Counted from the stretch's first letter, positions 1 to 13,143 are shown. The stretch is 64,000 nucleotides of DNA from Octopus vulgaris (GCA_951406725.2 OX597821.1:6262001-6326000), one strand, 5' to 3'. The notes: generated by a model from the sequence alone, not told the origin. A program made the numbers and translations.

Positions 1-38
1 AGAGAGGGAGAGAGTAATGGAGTGGGACAGGGAAATCC

Positions 39-80
<42 letters not shown>

Positions 81-229
81 TGAGAGAGGCATGACACGTA
101 TACCTTTCGGTCGGTCGTAATGACTCCTAATTACATCATAAATAATTAAATAAATATAACTAAAAATATCAGCTGCGTCTTGTTTTTTCTTTTTGTAGAT
201 ATTAATATGAAGATATGAAAACATGGATG

Positions 230-438
230 CTATGCTTTGCCTCTCACCCTCTTTCCTACTTCTCTCTTCTTTTCCATCTTTCTCTCCCTGCTTCTTTCAC
301 TTTCACTTTTATTCCCCCTCCTTCGCCTCTGCCTTCTTTGCTCTTCTTTTCTCCCCTTCTTTCTCTTCCACTCTCACTACACCTTTAATGGTTTTCATAT
401 TTTTCCTTACCGTTATTTTATACTCTCTCTCTCTCTTC

Positions 439-472
<34 letters not shown>

Positions 473-2075
473 CTCTATTTCTATCTTCCTCTAATTCTTT
501 GTCCCCTTCCGGTGCCCTCTTTCTTCATCCTACCCATCTCCTGGACGCACTCGCTCGACTTGCTAGAAATAGTTGTCAAATCAACTTGAAATCACACCTT
601 ACTCTCTTACAAAATGATATAATCTTGGGTGCGTTATGCATTGTTAAAAAACGAGATGGTCAAGGCTGGAAATGCCATTGATAACAAGTCTGCTCGATCA
701 GAGATGACCAAGGGCTGAACAACAACAACAGTAAGCCCCTTTAGTGTCTCTCCCTCTCTGCAATTCATTACTGTTGACTCTTCGCGCCTCTCACCCACCT
801 CTGCACCTCCCTAATCTATTATCCAAAGGCCACTTACTCTCTCACCTCTTTCTTTTTCCCTCTCCTTCTCTCTCTGTCTCCATTACTCTCTCTCCATCTG
901 TGACTCCGTGTCTATGTGTCTCTGTGTCTATCTGTTTCTGTCTCTCTCTCGCTCTCTCTCTAACTAAACTCTATCTTTCTCCACCTTTTTCTCTTCTCCC
1001 ACTCTTACTCTTTCATTTTCTCTTTTCAGCTGTTGCTTACACTTTCATTTTACAAGCAACTTTCTTTTACTTTATCGCTCTCCCTCTCCCCCTCTCACTC
1101 CCTCTACTTTTATCCTTCTACCCCTCTCATTCTGTCTCCCTCCTTCTCCACCACTTTCTCTCTTCTCTCCCTCTCTCTCTTCTCTACCCCCTCTCTCTCT
1201 TCTCTCACACTTTCACACTCCTGATTTGTTGTTTGTCACCAACAGTTTCATAATCGAAGCTACTCTCTCCTTATCTCTCACTCACTTACTCCCTCTTTCA
1301 CTTAATTACTCCCTCTCTCTTACGCACATATTGTTTCTCTTTCTTCTGCTTTTTCTACACTCTCCGTCCACTCATCCTCCTCTCACCTCTACCCACTCAT
1401 CCAATCTGTCGTCTGTGAAAGACAAGGTATTCTCAAAGCTCTTTTTTCTGTTCGTCTTTCTCCTACTCTGTCTCTCTCATCCATTCAATCAGCTATTCTC
1501 TCTCTCTCTCTCTCTCTCTCACTCTTACTCTATCATCTGTTACGCTCCATTCCTCTCTCTTACACCATTACCCTTTCTTCGATCTGTTGACTTACCGGCA
1601 ATTTCTTTGTTTCTCTCCTCACTTTCACTTTCTCTCTCTCTCTCAGTCATACTTGCCTTTTACTCACTCATTTACTAAGGTTTTCTCCCTTACTCATTCA
1701 GCTCCCCGAGTTATTTTATTTCATTCAATCAATCTTTCCCCCTATCATTCAATCAATCACTTTCTTAACGAATAACTCTTTCATATTCATTCGAATATTT
1801 ACTTTCTCTCTTAACCAATTACTCTCACGTTTTCTATATTAATCAATTATTCAATCACTCTTTCTCCCTTATCCAATAAATCAACTTCACTCATTCATCT
1901 CACTCAGTCATTCACTCTGTTGTTCTTTCTCTCTCTCTTTCTTCTGCCCCCTCCTACTCTATCATCATCTTTCACTTCATTCTTCCTCCTCTCACTTTTA
2001 CTCTTTCCAGCAACTCCTTCATCTGTCGTCTGCCGCCGACAATTTCCATCGTCTGCCTCTCTCTTTCTCTTCACG
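230..2075. repeat. Long degenerate (CT)-rich polypyrimidine tract
   Basis: Strong C/T strand bias with (CT)n runs. The Leu/Ser/Phe ORFs here are compositional artefacts. Confidence 0.85.
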
Positions 2076-2761
2076 CCTGCAATGTCGGTCACGATGACAA
2101 GAAAGAAGAAAAATAATGAAAAAATATGAAAGAAGATGCAATAACAAATAACAGCATTAAGCCATTAAATATCTTTCCGTAACTAGCAAAAGAAACAACA
2201 TTAACAACATAATTGACAAGCAACAATCCCTCAAAACCATCAAAACAGTCCCCTGACATTATGTTCATGGAAAAAAAACCAAAAAATTCCGGTTTAACAG
2301 AAGCATCAGTTTTAAAAAAAATCGAAGGACAAATCTAGAGAAGTCATGTTTGAACAACAACAAAAGATGTTATGGTCACGCTTGGAATGCCTTTCGTTAT
2401 AAGTCTACTTCTTCCTTGATGTGGTTTGACCCGAGTTTAAACAACTGCAACATTAATTAAAAAAAAAAAAAGCGAATATTAATAATAACAATAATGACAG
2501 CAACAACATTATTAATTATTACTAATTAATTAATTAATTAATTAATTAATTAAAGTAGGAGCAGCAACAACAACAAAGTCACATGCTTGAAACTAACAAA
2601 ACGATATTATTATTAATATCATAAAGATGTTGTACTAATTATTAACCATGACTGTAATGAGAAGAAATAATTATTGTTTTAAAAACAATAACATTGTTAT
2701 TATAATTAAGAGAAACAACAACAATAACAACAACTACGGCAACGAACTAACAAGGGAGTAT

Positions 2762-4300
2762 TTATATGGTCATTTGTCTAGCTAGAAATAGCAGCCAAAT
2801 CTTCAGCTGGCACCCTCCACTGCCTTAAAAAATGGAACGGCACATTGGATAATATTATCCTTAGATAACCATATTAACATTTATATTATTATTATTATTA
2901 TTAGCATCAACACTATCAAATTAAATATTAACAGAATCAGCATTATTTGGAGCTAAAATATCTGAAACTGTTGCAAAGAGGAAGCTTTTACATGGTCACT
3001 TCACTTTGCTGGAAATAGCAGTCACATTGCCCTTAAATCACACTTTACTACCTTGAAAAATATCTCAGACAGGTGTTTCTTAACCCTTTTTTTCCTGTCA
3101 TCCCACTCCCTTACCTGTTCACTGACCTGATTCTACTTATGATAGGTAAAAAGTAAAATTTATATACGACACAATTTATTATTATATAACATCAACAGCT
3201 TTATATAAGTCACAAAAACATAATATTAACGACGTTATAATTAATTTTCCATCAATTAACATCCTTAAAATCAACATTAAGGAAAATGAATTTAACAAAA
3301 ATGGAGTAAAAAATGAAAATGAATTTGTTTTTTAAACTTAAAAACAGTTTCTTCGCTGGAAGAATTTTCCCAGGAATCCAAAAATGAAAGCAGTTTTGTG
3401 GATATGACTGGAAGGAATTTTTCTTTTTCTTTTCATTAAAGGTCTGTCTGGTTTGCTCAATTTGAGACGACCTAGGGCTAAACAACAGCAACAATTGGAA
3501 CATAATTCATTAAATTATCAACATTATCAACATTATGATGTAAAAACAGCATTATTAAGAATGGAGATATTGTAAGAAAAACAACACAGACAAACAATAA
3601 ATTTAAGAACTATATCATTCATTAAATCGAATTGCAATGATGATGATGATGATATTATGATGCCAAACAACATTAACAAGAAGAAGAACAACATTATTGA
3701 CAAAAACATCATTATAAGGAAGAAGAAAAAAGAAGAAAATTTGCAAAGAACAGCTTCAATAAAAACAAGGAGCATTCTAAAAAAATGAAAACCTCATAAA
3801 CAACATCGACAACAATATTATATTATCCAGAAAACTGTAAAAAAAAATCAACATTAACAAGGTCAGAGGAATTCCTGTATATAGGCCTTTGACCTGCTAG
3901 AGATAGCAGCCAAATTACTTTCAAATTAGATTTTGTTATTCCAAGAACAGAAGGACGCATAGAATAATGTAGAATTGGATGCACTATATCCATAATAAAC
4001 AAGTAAGCAAACAATGATAAAACTGGAATATCTTTGATCCAAGGTTTACTCAACCAGTGATAACTTGGGGAAATAATTGACGATGTTATTAGCTCAGAAG
4101 TAGATGTAGCAGCAATGTGAACAACATTATTATTATTGTTGTTGTTGTTATTATTATTATTATTTATTGGCAGCAAAAATTATCAACTAAACTCCCAACA
4201 TTGACCACAGCCGCCTCTACATGGTCTCTTGGTCTGCTAGAAATAACAGCTAAATCTCCCTCAAATCACACATCACCACCTTTCAATGAAGAATAATAAA
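2762..4300 (+). repeat. Cluster of an old ~100-170-bp interspersed repeat
   Basis: Motif tacatggtcacttg.cctgctagaaatagcagccaaat..ctcaaatcacac recurs at ~555, 2762, 2988, 3880, 4218 and 35710. Confidence 0.6.
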
Positions 4301-4604
4301 CACCCTTTATAGTAGTAATAGTAATAGTAGAAATAGCAGTTGTAGAAGTAGTAGTAGTTGAGGTGGGTGGTAGTAGTTGTAGTGGTGGTGGTAGTAATAG
4401 TAGTAGTAGTAGTAGTTGTAATAGTATCAGAAGTAATAGTTGTAGTGGTGGTGGTGGTGATAGTCGTGGTAATATCAGTAGTAACAGTAGTGGTGGTGGT
4501 GGTGGTGGTGGTGGTGGTCGTAGTAGTAAGTTCTAGAAGATTAGGTGAAGGGGGGAATGAAACGACAACAACAACAACAACAGCAAAAACCATAGCTTTA
4601 ACAG

Positions 4605-4943
4605 CAGCAACAGCAACAAGAACAACAGGTTACTGCGATGACAACAACAGGAACGTGCACGGTGGAGGTGGTGGTGGCGACAGCGGCGGCCGAGGCATCG
4701 AAGATGGGGATGACGAAAGAGGAGAGACGTATCGAAGCCGATCATCTGTTTACGACACCTTCAACACCACCGACTACACCTACGACACCGCCAACAACAC
4801 CACCGACACCACCATCAACAACAACAACAGCAACAATCCTCACCACCACTACTACTGCCATTACATCAACAGCAACAATACTCTCGGTGCCAATTTCAGC
4901 ATCGACAGCAACTGCAGCTACACTGAGAAAAGGAAATCCATAG
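4605..4943 (+). CDS. Candidate Thr/Pro-rich coding exon (unverified)
   Basis: CpG-rich open frame after a possible acceptor ctttaacag. NCN codons vary at the third position (TTPSTPPTTPTTPP). No recognisable domain; could be a decayed trinucleotide repeat. Confidence 0.22.
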   Translation, partial: QQQQQEQQVTAMTTTGTCTVEVVVATAAAEASKMGMTKEERRIEADHLFTTPSTPPTTPTTPPTTPPTPPSTTTTATILTTTTTAITSTATILSVPISASTATAATLRKGNP

Positions 4944-4965
4944 AATGATAAAATATATATTAAAT

Positions 4966-5640
4966 TCTTCCATAGGAAACACACACAGTCTTGGATATCA
5001 TCATGGAATGTGAAGCAGTGGCATCTATGCCCTTCTCAAGGACATTATTGTCATGTGTAAATGAAACAAAATGTTAATAATTGAATTGAAAATATCAAAA
5101 GACCTAATGGGATTTTCTTGAAGGTGTCATTATAAAAAAAAAAACTAAAAGTTAAAAATATATAAATATATAAATAAAAGGAAAAGGGAGCCAGTGAAAG
5201 GAACCCTTAAAAAATGTTTGAAACACTTTCTCATATCTGAAAATCTTCGGAAAACTCTATAAGCAGTTAAAGAATCTCTTTAAAGCTTAAGAAATTCTTC
5301 CATAGGAATCACATGCAACTTTGGATCATTATAAAGTGGAGTGTGAAACAGAAGGTTCTGGGGTTTATGCCCCTTTCAAGGACATTAGTGTCATTCATAA
5401 ATGAAATAAAATAATGACTATTGTGTTGGATTGAATTGAAAACATCAAAGGAGATAATGGGATTTTCTTCAATGTAAAAAAAAAAAAAACACACAAAAGG
5501 GGGACTGCACCCTTAAAACTGCATTCAAACACTTTATTATTGCTGAAAAGTTAAAAACTCTAGGAGGTTATGGAATTTCTTTGAAGCCAATGTAATAAGA
5601 ATTATAAAATGTGACTTTGAGATACTTAAACCCTTAAAAT
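4966..5640. repeat. Diverged ~330-bp tandem duplication
   Basis: tcttccataggaa at 4966 and 5296. caaggacatta.tgtcat, ttgaattgaaaa.atcaaa and taatgggattttctt each occur in both units. Confidence 0.75.
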
Positions 5641-6817
5641 ACCTCTTTTGAGCTTTCCTAAAATCATTTAAAAATCCATAAGGAAAAATTTGTGACACCC
5701 TTTTATAAAACAAAGAACAAAATGCAATTATAGATTTTGTGATTATAGAATTAGGAAAAAAAGATATAATTAAAGAAATTCTTTAAGAAACATCCCCTTT
5801 CCAAACCTTCTGAAAATATCTGAATAAACCTTAAAAAAAATTCTGTGAAAATATCTGAAAAACTTTTTACAAATCATGAAGGATATGTTAAAATGATTGC
5901 AAAAACTCCTGAATATATGCTAAAGAAAATAACTGTAAAAAAAAAGAAGATCCCTTTAAATTCAGAAATGTGTTAAAAACCTTGGAAAAAAAAACTGTCT
6001 AGAAATCTAGAAAAGAAACTCCCTACTGAAAAAAAAACAAAAAACAAGCAAAAACTTCCTTCTTTAAAAATTATTGCAGAAAGGAGTACCTTTCAAATCA
6101 ATTTAAATACTTTCTATAAATTTAATAAATCACTTTTAAATTTACCAAAAAAATCTCACAAGTAATCTAAAAAAACAAAACTGAGTAAAACTCCTTACAA
6201 TCTTTTTGTAAAAAAACTCATAAACCTTCTGAAAAAACATTCCACAAACTCATCAAAAACTTTTCCGATAAACTCATTATAAAAATATAAAAAAAAAGGA
6301 CTTCCTTTTATACAAATCTATTAAAAATTCCCTAGTGAAAAATTCCTTTAAGAACATACTGTAAAACTCCCTAAAAACTTGTTGCAAAAATAAATAAATA
6401 AACAAAATAATCAAAGTCCCTATAACTTTCTTCCCCATCCATATAAAAAAAAAAATGTATTAATGTAGTGAGAAAAACTCCCTTGAAAAATTCCCTACAA
6501 ACCCAGCATGAAAAACTCCCTAGTTCTGAACTCCCTTGTCCGAGTATAGTCTTCTTAATACAGTCTGTGAATATTCATAAACAGGATAACTTGAGATGAC
6601 GAGAGAGAAAAGGAGGGATCTGTGAGTACCTTCGGAGACCCTCACCAAAACCACATTGCAGGTAGGGGTCTGCTGTTGTTGTTGTTGAAGTTATTGTTAA
6701 AAGTATTGTTGTTGTTGTTGTTCCATGAATGAAACACATTTTTACAATTCAGGCCCATGGGGGCCATACTACAGCAGCTTGAAATAATAGATAAATATGT
6801 ATGTGAGTAAATATTCC

Positions 6818-6863
<46 letters not shown>

Positions 6864-6948
6864 TACACACACACATCTATATCGGCACGTATATGTATAC
6901 ACAGACAAAATTATTATTTTTTGATTATTATTATTATCATTGTTGTTG

Positions 6949-7001
<53 letters not shown>

Positions 7002-7034
7002 ATGTGAAACCATTATTATTATTATTATTATAAT

Positions 7035-7440
7035 AGGCGTGGGAGTGGCTGTGTGGTAAGTAGCTTGCTTACCAACCACATGGTTTCGGGTTCAGACCCA
7101 CTGCATGGCACCTTAGGCAAGTGTCTTCTACTATAGCCTCGGGCTGACCAAAGCCTTGTGAGCGGATTTGGTAGACGGAAACTGAAAGAAGCCCGTCGTA
7201 TATATGTATATATATATATGTATGTGTGTGTATATGTTTGTGTCCCCTGAACATCGCTTGACAACCGATGCTGGTGTGTTTGCGTCTCCATAACTTAGCA
7301 GTTCGGCAAAAGAGACCGATAGAATAAGTACTAGGCTTACAAAGAATAAGTCCCGGGGTTGATTTGCTCGACTAAAGGCGGTGCTCCAGCATGGCCGCAG
7401 TCAAATGACTGAAACATAAACGATAAAGAGAGTGTAAAGA
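7035..7440 (+). mobile_element. SINE family A (tRNA-like head, internal (TA)n/(TG)n, gtaaaaga tail), near full-length copy
   Basis: Box A tggctgtgtggt, box B ggttcagacc. More than 12 related copies in the window. Confidence 0.85.
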
Positions 7441-7525
7441 ATATTTCAACACACACACACACATCTACAGCTGTATGTTTATGTATACACAGACAAAATT
7501 ATTATTTTTATTATTGTTGTCGTTG

Positions 7526-7557
<32 letters not shown>

Positions 7558-7564
7558 TTCATTT

Positions 7565-9050
7565 AAGGTGGTGAGCTGGCAGAATTGTTGGCACACTGGG
7601 CAAAATGCTTAGCAGTATTTTGCCTGTTACTACGTTCTGAGTTCAAATTCCACCAAGGTTGACTTTACCTTTCGTCCTTTTGGGGTCGATAAAATAAGTA
7701 CCAGTTCAACACAGGAGTCAATGAAATTGACTTATACCCTTCCCCAAAATTGCTGCCCTTGTGGCAAAAATTTGAAACCATTATTATTATCATTATTATC
7801 ATCATCATCATCATTATTATTATATGTTTGACTTTTGCTTTGTATTTGTACAAGTTGACCCTAAGTCTCACCCAGAGACCTCAAGGGACAAGTTAGAAGT
7901 TCAAGTCGGTATTATGCCTATGGTGTCATATATTTGGTTTTGCATTTATTATTATTATTAGTATTATTATTACTGTTGTTGTTGTTGTTGTTGAGCTGGC
8001 AGAATTGTTAGCACGCTGAGTAAAATGTTTAGCAGTATTACATCTGCTGCTTCATTCTGAGATCAAATTCCCCTGAGGTTGATTTTGCCTTTCATCCTTC
8101 CAGGAGTGATAAATCAAGTAAGTACCAGTGAAATACTGAGGTCAATGTAATTGGCTAGTTTCCTCCCTCAAAATTTCAGGTCTTGTGCCTATAGTAGAAA
8201 GGATTATTATTATTATTAAGGCAGTGAGCTGGCAGAATCATTAGCACGCCAGGCACTTGTCTGTCTTCATGTCCTGAGTTCAAATTCTGCCCCGGTTGAC
8301 TTTGCCTTTCATCCTTTCGGGGTCGATAAATTAAGTACCAATGAAACACTGGGGCTCGATACAATTGACTTACTCCTCCCCCAAAATTGCTGGCCTTGTA
8401 CCAAAATGTGAAACCATTATTATTATTACTATTACTCGTAAAGTGGCGAGCTGGCAGAATCATTAGCACGCTGGACGGAATGCTTAGTGGTATTTCGCCT
8501 GTCTTTACATTCTGAGTTCAAATTCCACCTAGGTCGACTTTGCCTTTCATCCTTTCGGGGTCAATAAATTAAGTACCAGTTGCGTACTGGGGTCATTTTA
8601 ATTGACTGGTCCCCTCCCCTTAAGTTTCAGTCCTTGTGCCTATAGTAGAAAGGATTATTATTATTACCTGTATTATTATTATTACAGGCAGTGAGTTGGT
8701 AGAATCGTTAGTGTGTCAAACAAAATGCCTAATAGGCATTTCTTGTGTTTCTTTAGGGTCTGAGTTCAAATTCCACCAAGGAGTTGATAAAATAAGTACC
8801 AGTTGAACATTGAGGTCAATGAATTTGGCAAACACCCTTCCCTCAAAACTGTTGGCCTCGTACAAAAATTTGAAACCATTTTGAAGGGCAGTGGATTAGC
8901 AGGATTGTTAGAATATCAGAAAAAGTGCCTTGAGGCATTTTGTCTGCTTCTTTACATTCCAAGTTCAAATCACACCAAGATCTACTATGCTTTTCATTCT
9001 TTTGGGGGGTCAATAAAATAAAGTATCTGTCAAGTACTGGGTCCAATGGC
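7565..9050 (+). mobile_element. Head-to-tail cluster of six SINE family B copies
   Basis: Unit aaggcggcgagctggcagaat..gagttcaaattc..gtcgactttgcctttcatcctttcggggtcgataaa..aagtaccag starts near 7565, 7990, 8218, 8440, 8686 and 8885, mostly separated by (ATT)n tails. The central segment resembles the Meta domain of MetaSINEs. Confidence 0.82.
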
Positions 9051-9149
9051 TTCAATGAACCTCTCTGCTTTTCCCTAAATTAGAAAACTGTTAATAAAAG
9101 ACAGCAGTCTGGTAGAATCATAAAAGCATCAACTTTGCCCAACCCATTC

Positions 9150-9785
9150 TTATTCTAGGAGCCATTCTCTTAGAGCATCTTCCTTCACTGCTGACTTGGT
9201 CACCTTAGTAAGAGAAGCTATCTACTACTTCTAAGTATCCCACTGGACATTTGAAGAATTCTATTTTCTGTACAGTTCTGTTGTTTAATGTACCCCCACA
9301 TCTGCCACACACAAAGTCCTTCTTTGTTAACCTTTCTCTGATATAGTTGCACCTCTTATGTGTCCAAAGCTTGCACTGGGTACACCTTATGAGGTTTCTA
9401 CCTACACCTTTTCTACATATTGAGCCGAGCCATTTCTATGAAAGGATTTGTGATTTGTCTGTTTTCCTATTTACTAGGTCTTTGCTAAATTAACTCTAAG
9501 GCCCTTTGATTCCTGACCTTGGTTCCACACCTGAAACTTCTTTAGTTCTGGTAGTGATTCAGCTGTATGAACAAGGTTATCAGCAGAGAGGAACACCCAA
9601 CAGTGGCCAGTCTTAAATTCTTATGTTATTGGCCTAGAGGACTATGATGAACAAGAGGGAGCTGAGAATCGATCCTTGGTGAATTCCTACCAGTACACTG
9701 AATTCATTGCTATACTGATTGCCAACCTTCACCCAACTGACAGCATTGTTGTACATTGCTTGTACAGCCCTCATCAACCACTCAT
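9150..9785 (-). pseudogene. Older degraded copy of the same RTE RT
   Basis: EWLMRAVQAMY..VKVGNQYSNEFSVLVGIHQGSILSSLLFIIVL, then SADNLV..AESL..GLRVNLAK. 9345-9430 matches 38403-38490. Confidence 0.85.
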
Positions 9786-10913
9786 CCCTAGCTTCTGCAT
9801 TGACCCCCAGACTGATAGATAGACAAACAGACAGACAGAAAGTATCAAATGACACCATGCAATATGGTGCTGAATTTGACATACATTATACTTTTATATA
9901 ATTATACTTTTACTTTTATACTTTTATTTGTTTCAGTTATTTGACTGTGGCCATGCTAGAGCACTGTCTTTAGTCAAGCAAATCAATCCCAGGACTTATT
10001 CTTTGTAAGCCTAGTACCGCTAAGTTACAGGGACGTAAACACTCTAGCATCGGTTGTCAAGCGATGTTGGTGTGTTTACATATATACATACGTATATGTA
10101 CATACTTACATCTATACGTATATATATCAGCATCGCCTTACTGGCACTTGTGCTGGTGGAACGTGTAAAAACATTCGCGCAAGGTTGTTGCCAGTACCTC
10201 CTGATTGGCCCCCGTGCCGGTGGCACGTAAAAGCACCCACTACACTCTCAGAGTGGTTGGCGTTAGGAAGGGCATCCAGGTGTAGAAACTCTGCCAGATC
10301 AAGATTGAAGCCTGGTGCAGCCATCTAGTTCGCCAGCCCTCAGTCAAATTGTCCAACCCATGCTAGCATGGAAAGCGGACATCCGCGACGAGAGTTCTGC
10401 TACTGTCTTCCTTGAAGTGTGGACGGCATTTCTGTTGCTCCTTTGCCGTTCTCAAAAATAGCGTTCGTAATACTTTTTCTCGTTCAGCTTAACAGCCCTT
10501 CTTGTCTTGTTGTTCTCCTTGTCCTGTCTTTTACTGCTTATATTTTGTACTGTCGTTACTGTCCTGTTTTTGTTACCATTTTTACCCCTCTGCAAAAAGA
10601 TCTCAAATTTTATTTAATTTGCTTTTCGCGGGAAGGAATGTATCTATCGAAGATGCGTATCGCCTTCACCTTCGAAACACAGAGTAAATGAAACCAGAAG
10701 AAGGAGAATTTTCCTTGTGTTATTTGTCCTGTACTCTATTTTTTTGTTGTGTAAGAAAAATGTCCAGTTCCTTGGGTTTGTGTTTATATTTTCGTTTCTC
10801 ATTGTGTTTGAGTTTTTTTGGTCTCCTGTACCCATATATGCGTGTATATATACATGTAGAGGTAGGTACGTACATATATGTATGTATATATGCATATGTT
10901 TTATTTATTAATT

Positions 10914-10951
<38 letters not shown>

Positions 10952-10954
10952 ATA

Positions 10955-10989
<35 letters not shown>

Positions 10990-11241
10990 ATGATGATGAT
11001 GTATGTATGTATGTATAAATATATATATGTATTTATGCATATGTGGCCACAGGATGTCACGAAACATGTACAACAAAAAACACGAAGTACCAGTACATAG
11101 AATATGAACCATTATTTCAAATATGTATGTATATATGCATATATATACATATATACATATATATATATGTATATATATTATTTATATTATTTGATTGAAT
11201 GCCATGCATCCTCTTCCAAGTAAGTTTTATCTATCTATCTA

Positions 11242-11277
<36 letters not shown>

Positions 11278-11474
11278 AATTATATATAAACATCTAGGCA
11301 TAGTGTAAAACCGTAAAGAAAAAATTAGTTGTCACTAATTGTGGCTAAGGGTGCCAAAGCACCTATACTGTTAGTTATAAGAGTTAAAATAACTCTTGAT
11401 GATGTAAGGAGAGCACAATATATATACAATGACAAGGCAGTCAACCGCCCCATGAAAGTCTCTAGAATCACCTG

Positions 11475-11518
11475 ACTAGGCCTAGTTTCGCCTATTTCAT
11501 AGTGACATTGTCAGTAGT
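11475..11518 (-). ncRNA. Decayed minimal hammerhead ribozyme
   Basis: ACTA-CTGACAA-TGTC..GGC-GAAA-CTAG-GCC-TAGT (G8 and U16.1 mutated). Confidence 0.6.
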
Positions 11519-11691
11519 GACTGCTCAAATGGTTGATGGTTTGGCCAACATCATTTGCCAATATATTTTTGCAATAAAAATTTATGGCTGACTTAGTGAA
11601 ATGCTAATGTGTATACTAAAAATCAATATAAACATCTAGGAAAAATTAATATAAACATAAAGGAAAAATTTAATCATCACTAATTGTGACT

Positions 11692-12006
11692 GGTGGAGGT
11701 GCAATGGCCCAGTGGTTAGGGCAGTGGACTTGCGGTCGGAGGATCGTGGTTTCGATTCCCAGGCTGGGTGTTGTGTGTGTTTATTGAGCGAAAACACCCA
11801 AAAGCGCCACGAGGCTCTGGCAGGGGGTGGTGGCGACCCCTGTTCTACTCTTTTGCCACAACTTTCTCTCATTCTCTCTTCTTGTTTCTTGAGTAACGCT
11901 GCGATGGACTGGCATCCCATCCAGCTGGGGGGAACACATACACCACAGAAACCGGGAAACGGGGCCCATGAGCCTGGCTAGGCTTGAAAAGGGTGACAGA
12001 AATATA
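11692..12006 (+). mobile_element. tRNA-derived SINE family C
   Basis: Box A tggcccagtggt, box B gtttcgattcc. 10-bp TSD aattgtgact at 11682-11691 and 12007-12016. Confidence 0.88.
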
Positions 12007-12305
12007 AATTGTGACTGAGGGTGCTGAAACACTTACATTGCTGGGAATAAGAGTTTAAAAAACTCTTGATTTTGTAAGGAGAGCACAATACATATAAACT
12101 GACTTTTATTTATAGCAATGTAGGTGCTTTAGCACTCTTAGTCACAATTAGTGATGATTAAATTTTTCCTGTATGGTATTACAGTGCATCTAGCTCTTTA
12201 TATAAAGTTTTAGTATACACATTAGCATTTTGCTAAATTTTTATGGTAAAAATATATATATACTGGCAGATGAGGTTGGCTGAACTATCGACTGCTTGAG
12301 CACTC

Positions 12306-12347
12306 ACTACTGATGATGTCTCTGGAATAGGCAAAATTAGGTCTAGT
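12306..12347 (+). ncRNA. Decayed minimal hammerhead ribozyme
   Basis: ACTA-CTGATGA-TGTC..GGC-AAAA-TTAG-GTC-TAGT (G12 mutated). The consensus with the 11475 copy restores a full core. Confidence 0.62.
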
Positions 12348-12509
12348 CTGCTGATTCTTCAGACAGTCATGGGGTGGTTGACTCCCCTGTCAGTGTATAT
12401 ATATTGTGCTCTTCTGACAGCATTAAGAGTTTTTTTTTTAACTCTTATTTCTAGTAATGTAGGTACTTTGACACCCTTAGTCACAATTAGTGACAACTGA
12501 ATTTTTCTT

Positions 12510-12560
<51 letters not shown>

Positions 12561-12968
12561 CAAAATGGGTGAGCTAACCAAAACCTTGCGAGTGGGGTTG
12601 ATAGAAAGAAACAGATACCTGCTGTATATAATGTGAGAGTGCTTGTGTGTGTGTGTGTGTATGTGTGTGCTTGTGTATAACTATTCTGTCCACTGATAAT
12701 CACAGCTTTCACCACATGTCAATAAAAATGCACTTAATGCAAACATGTTTCTAGAGCATATATATATATTTTTTAATCTGATAAAATTGACACGTACAAA
12801 ATAGCCATCTTGTTTTTCTCACAGTTCATTGAAATTCAGGAAAAAAAGCGAAAGTATTGGTGAAATATGTAAAAACTGCAAGAATATAGCTAATCTGCTT
12901 ACGATTTTATCAATAAGCCTTGTGTTTTTTTTCTATTGACTCAGTTTCTCAATATCTATCTATCTATA

Positions 12969-13023
<55 letters not shown>

Positions 13024-13143
13024 TTGTTTGCATGTTCATCTTCATTTAAATATACAAATATGTGCAAATTCAAACATGCATATTATATATATATATAAAT
13101 AATCAAAATAATCAAAATAAGCAACAAGGATATCCAGAGGTAA

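Larger units (their letters stand above)
11285..12510. mobile_element. Retrozyme-like/PLE-type non-autonomous element: ~345-bp unit in partial tandem followed by an inverted copy
   Basis: tataaacatctagg recurs at 11285 and 11627, cactaattgtg at 11333 and 11678. The second unit is interrupted by a SINE. About 12103-12510 is a diverged reverse complement of the unit. Each orientation has one HHR motif. Flanked by (TA)n. Confidence 0.75.

Noticed and set aside
223-2129. Long Leu/Ser/Phe-rich ORFs
   Set aside because: Read-through of CT-rich low-complexity DNA; no domain or codon signal.
11692-11770. tRNA gene calls at SINE heads
   Set aside because: A/B boxes are present, but these are SINE 5' regions followed by SINE bodies and TSDs; no complete cloverleaf.
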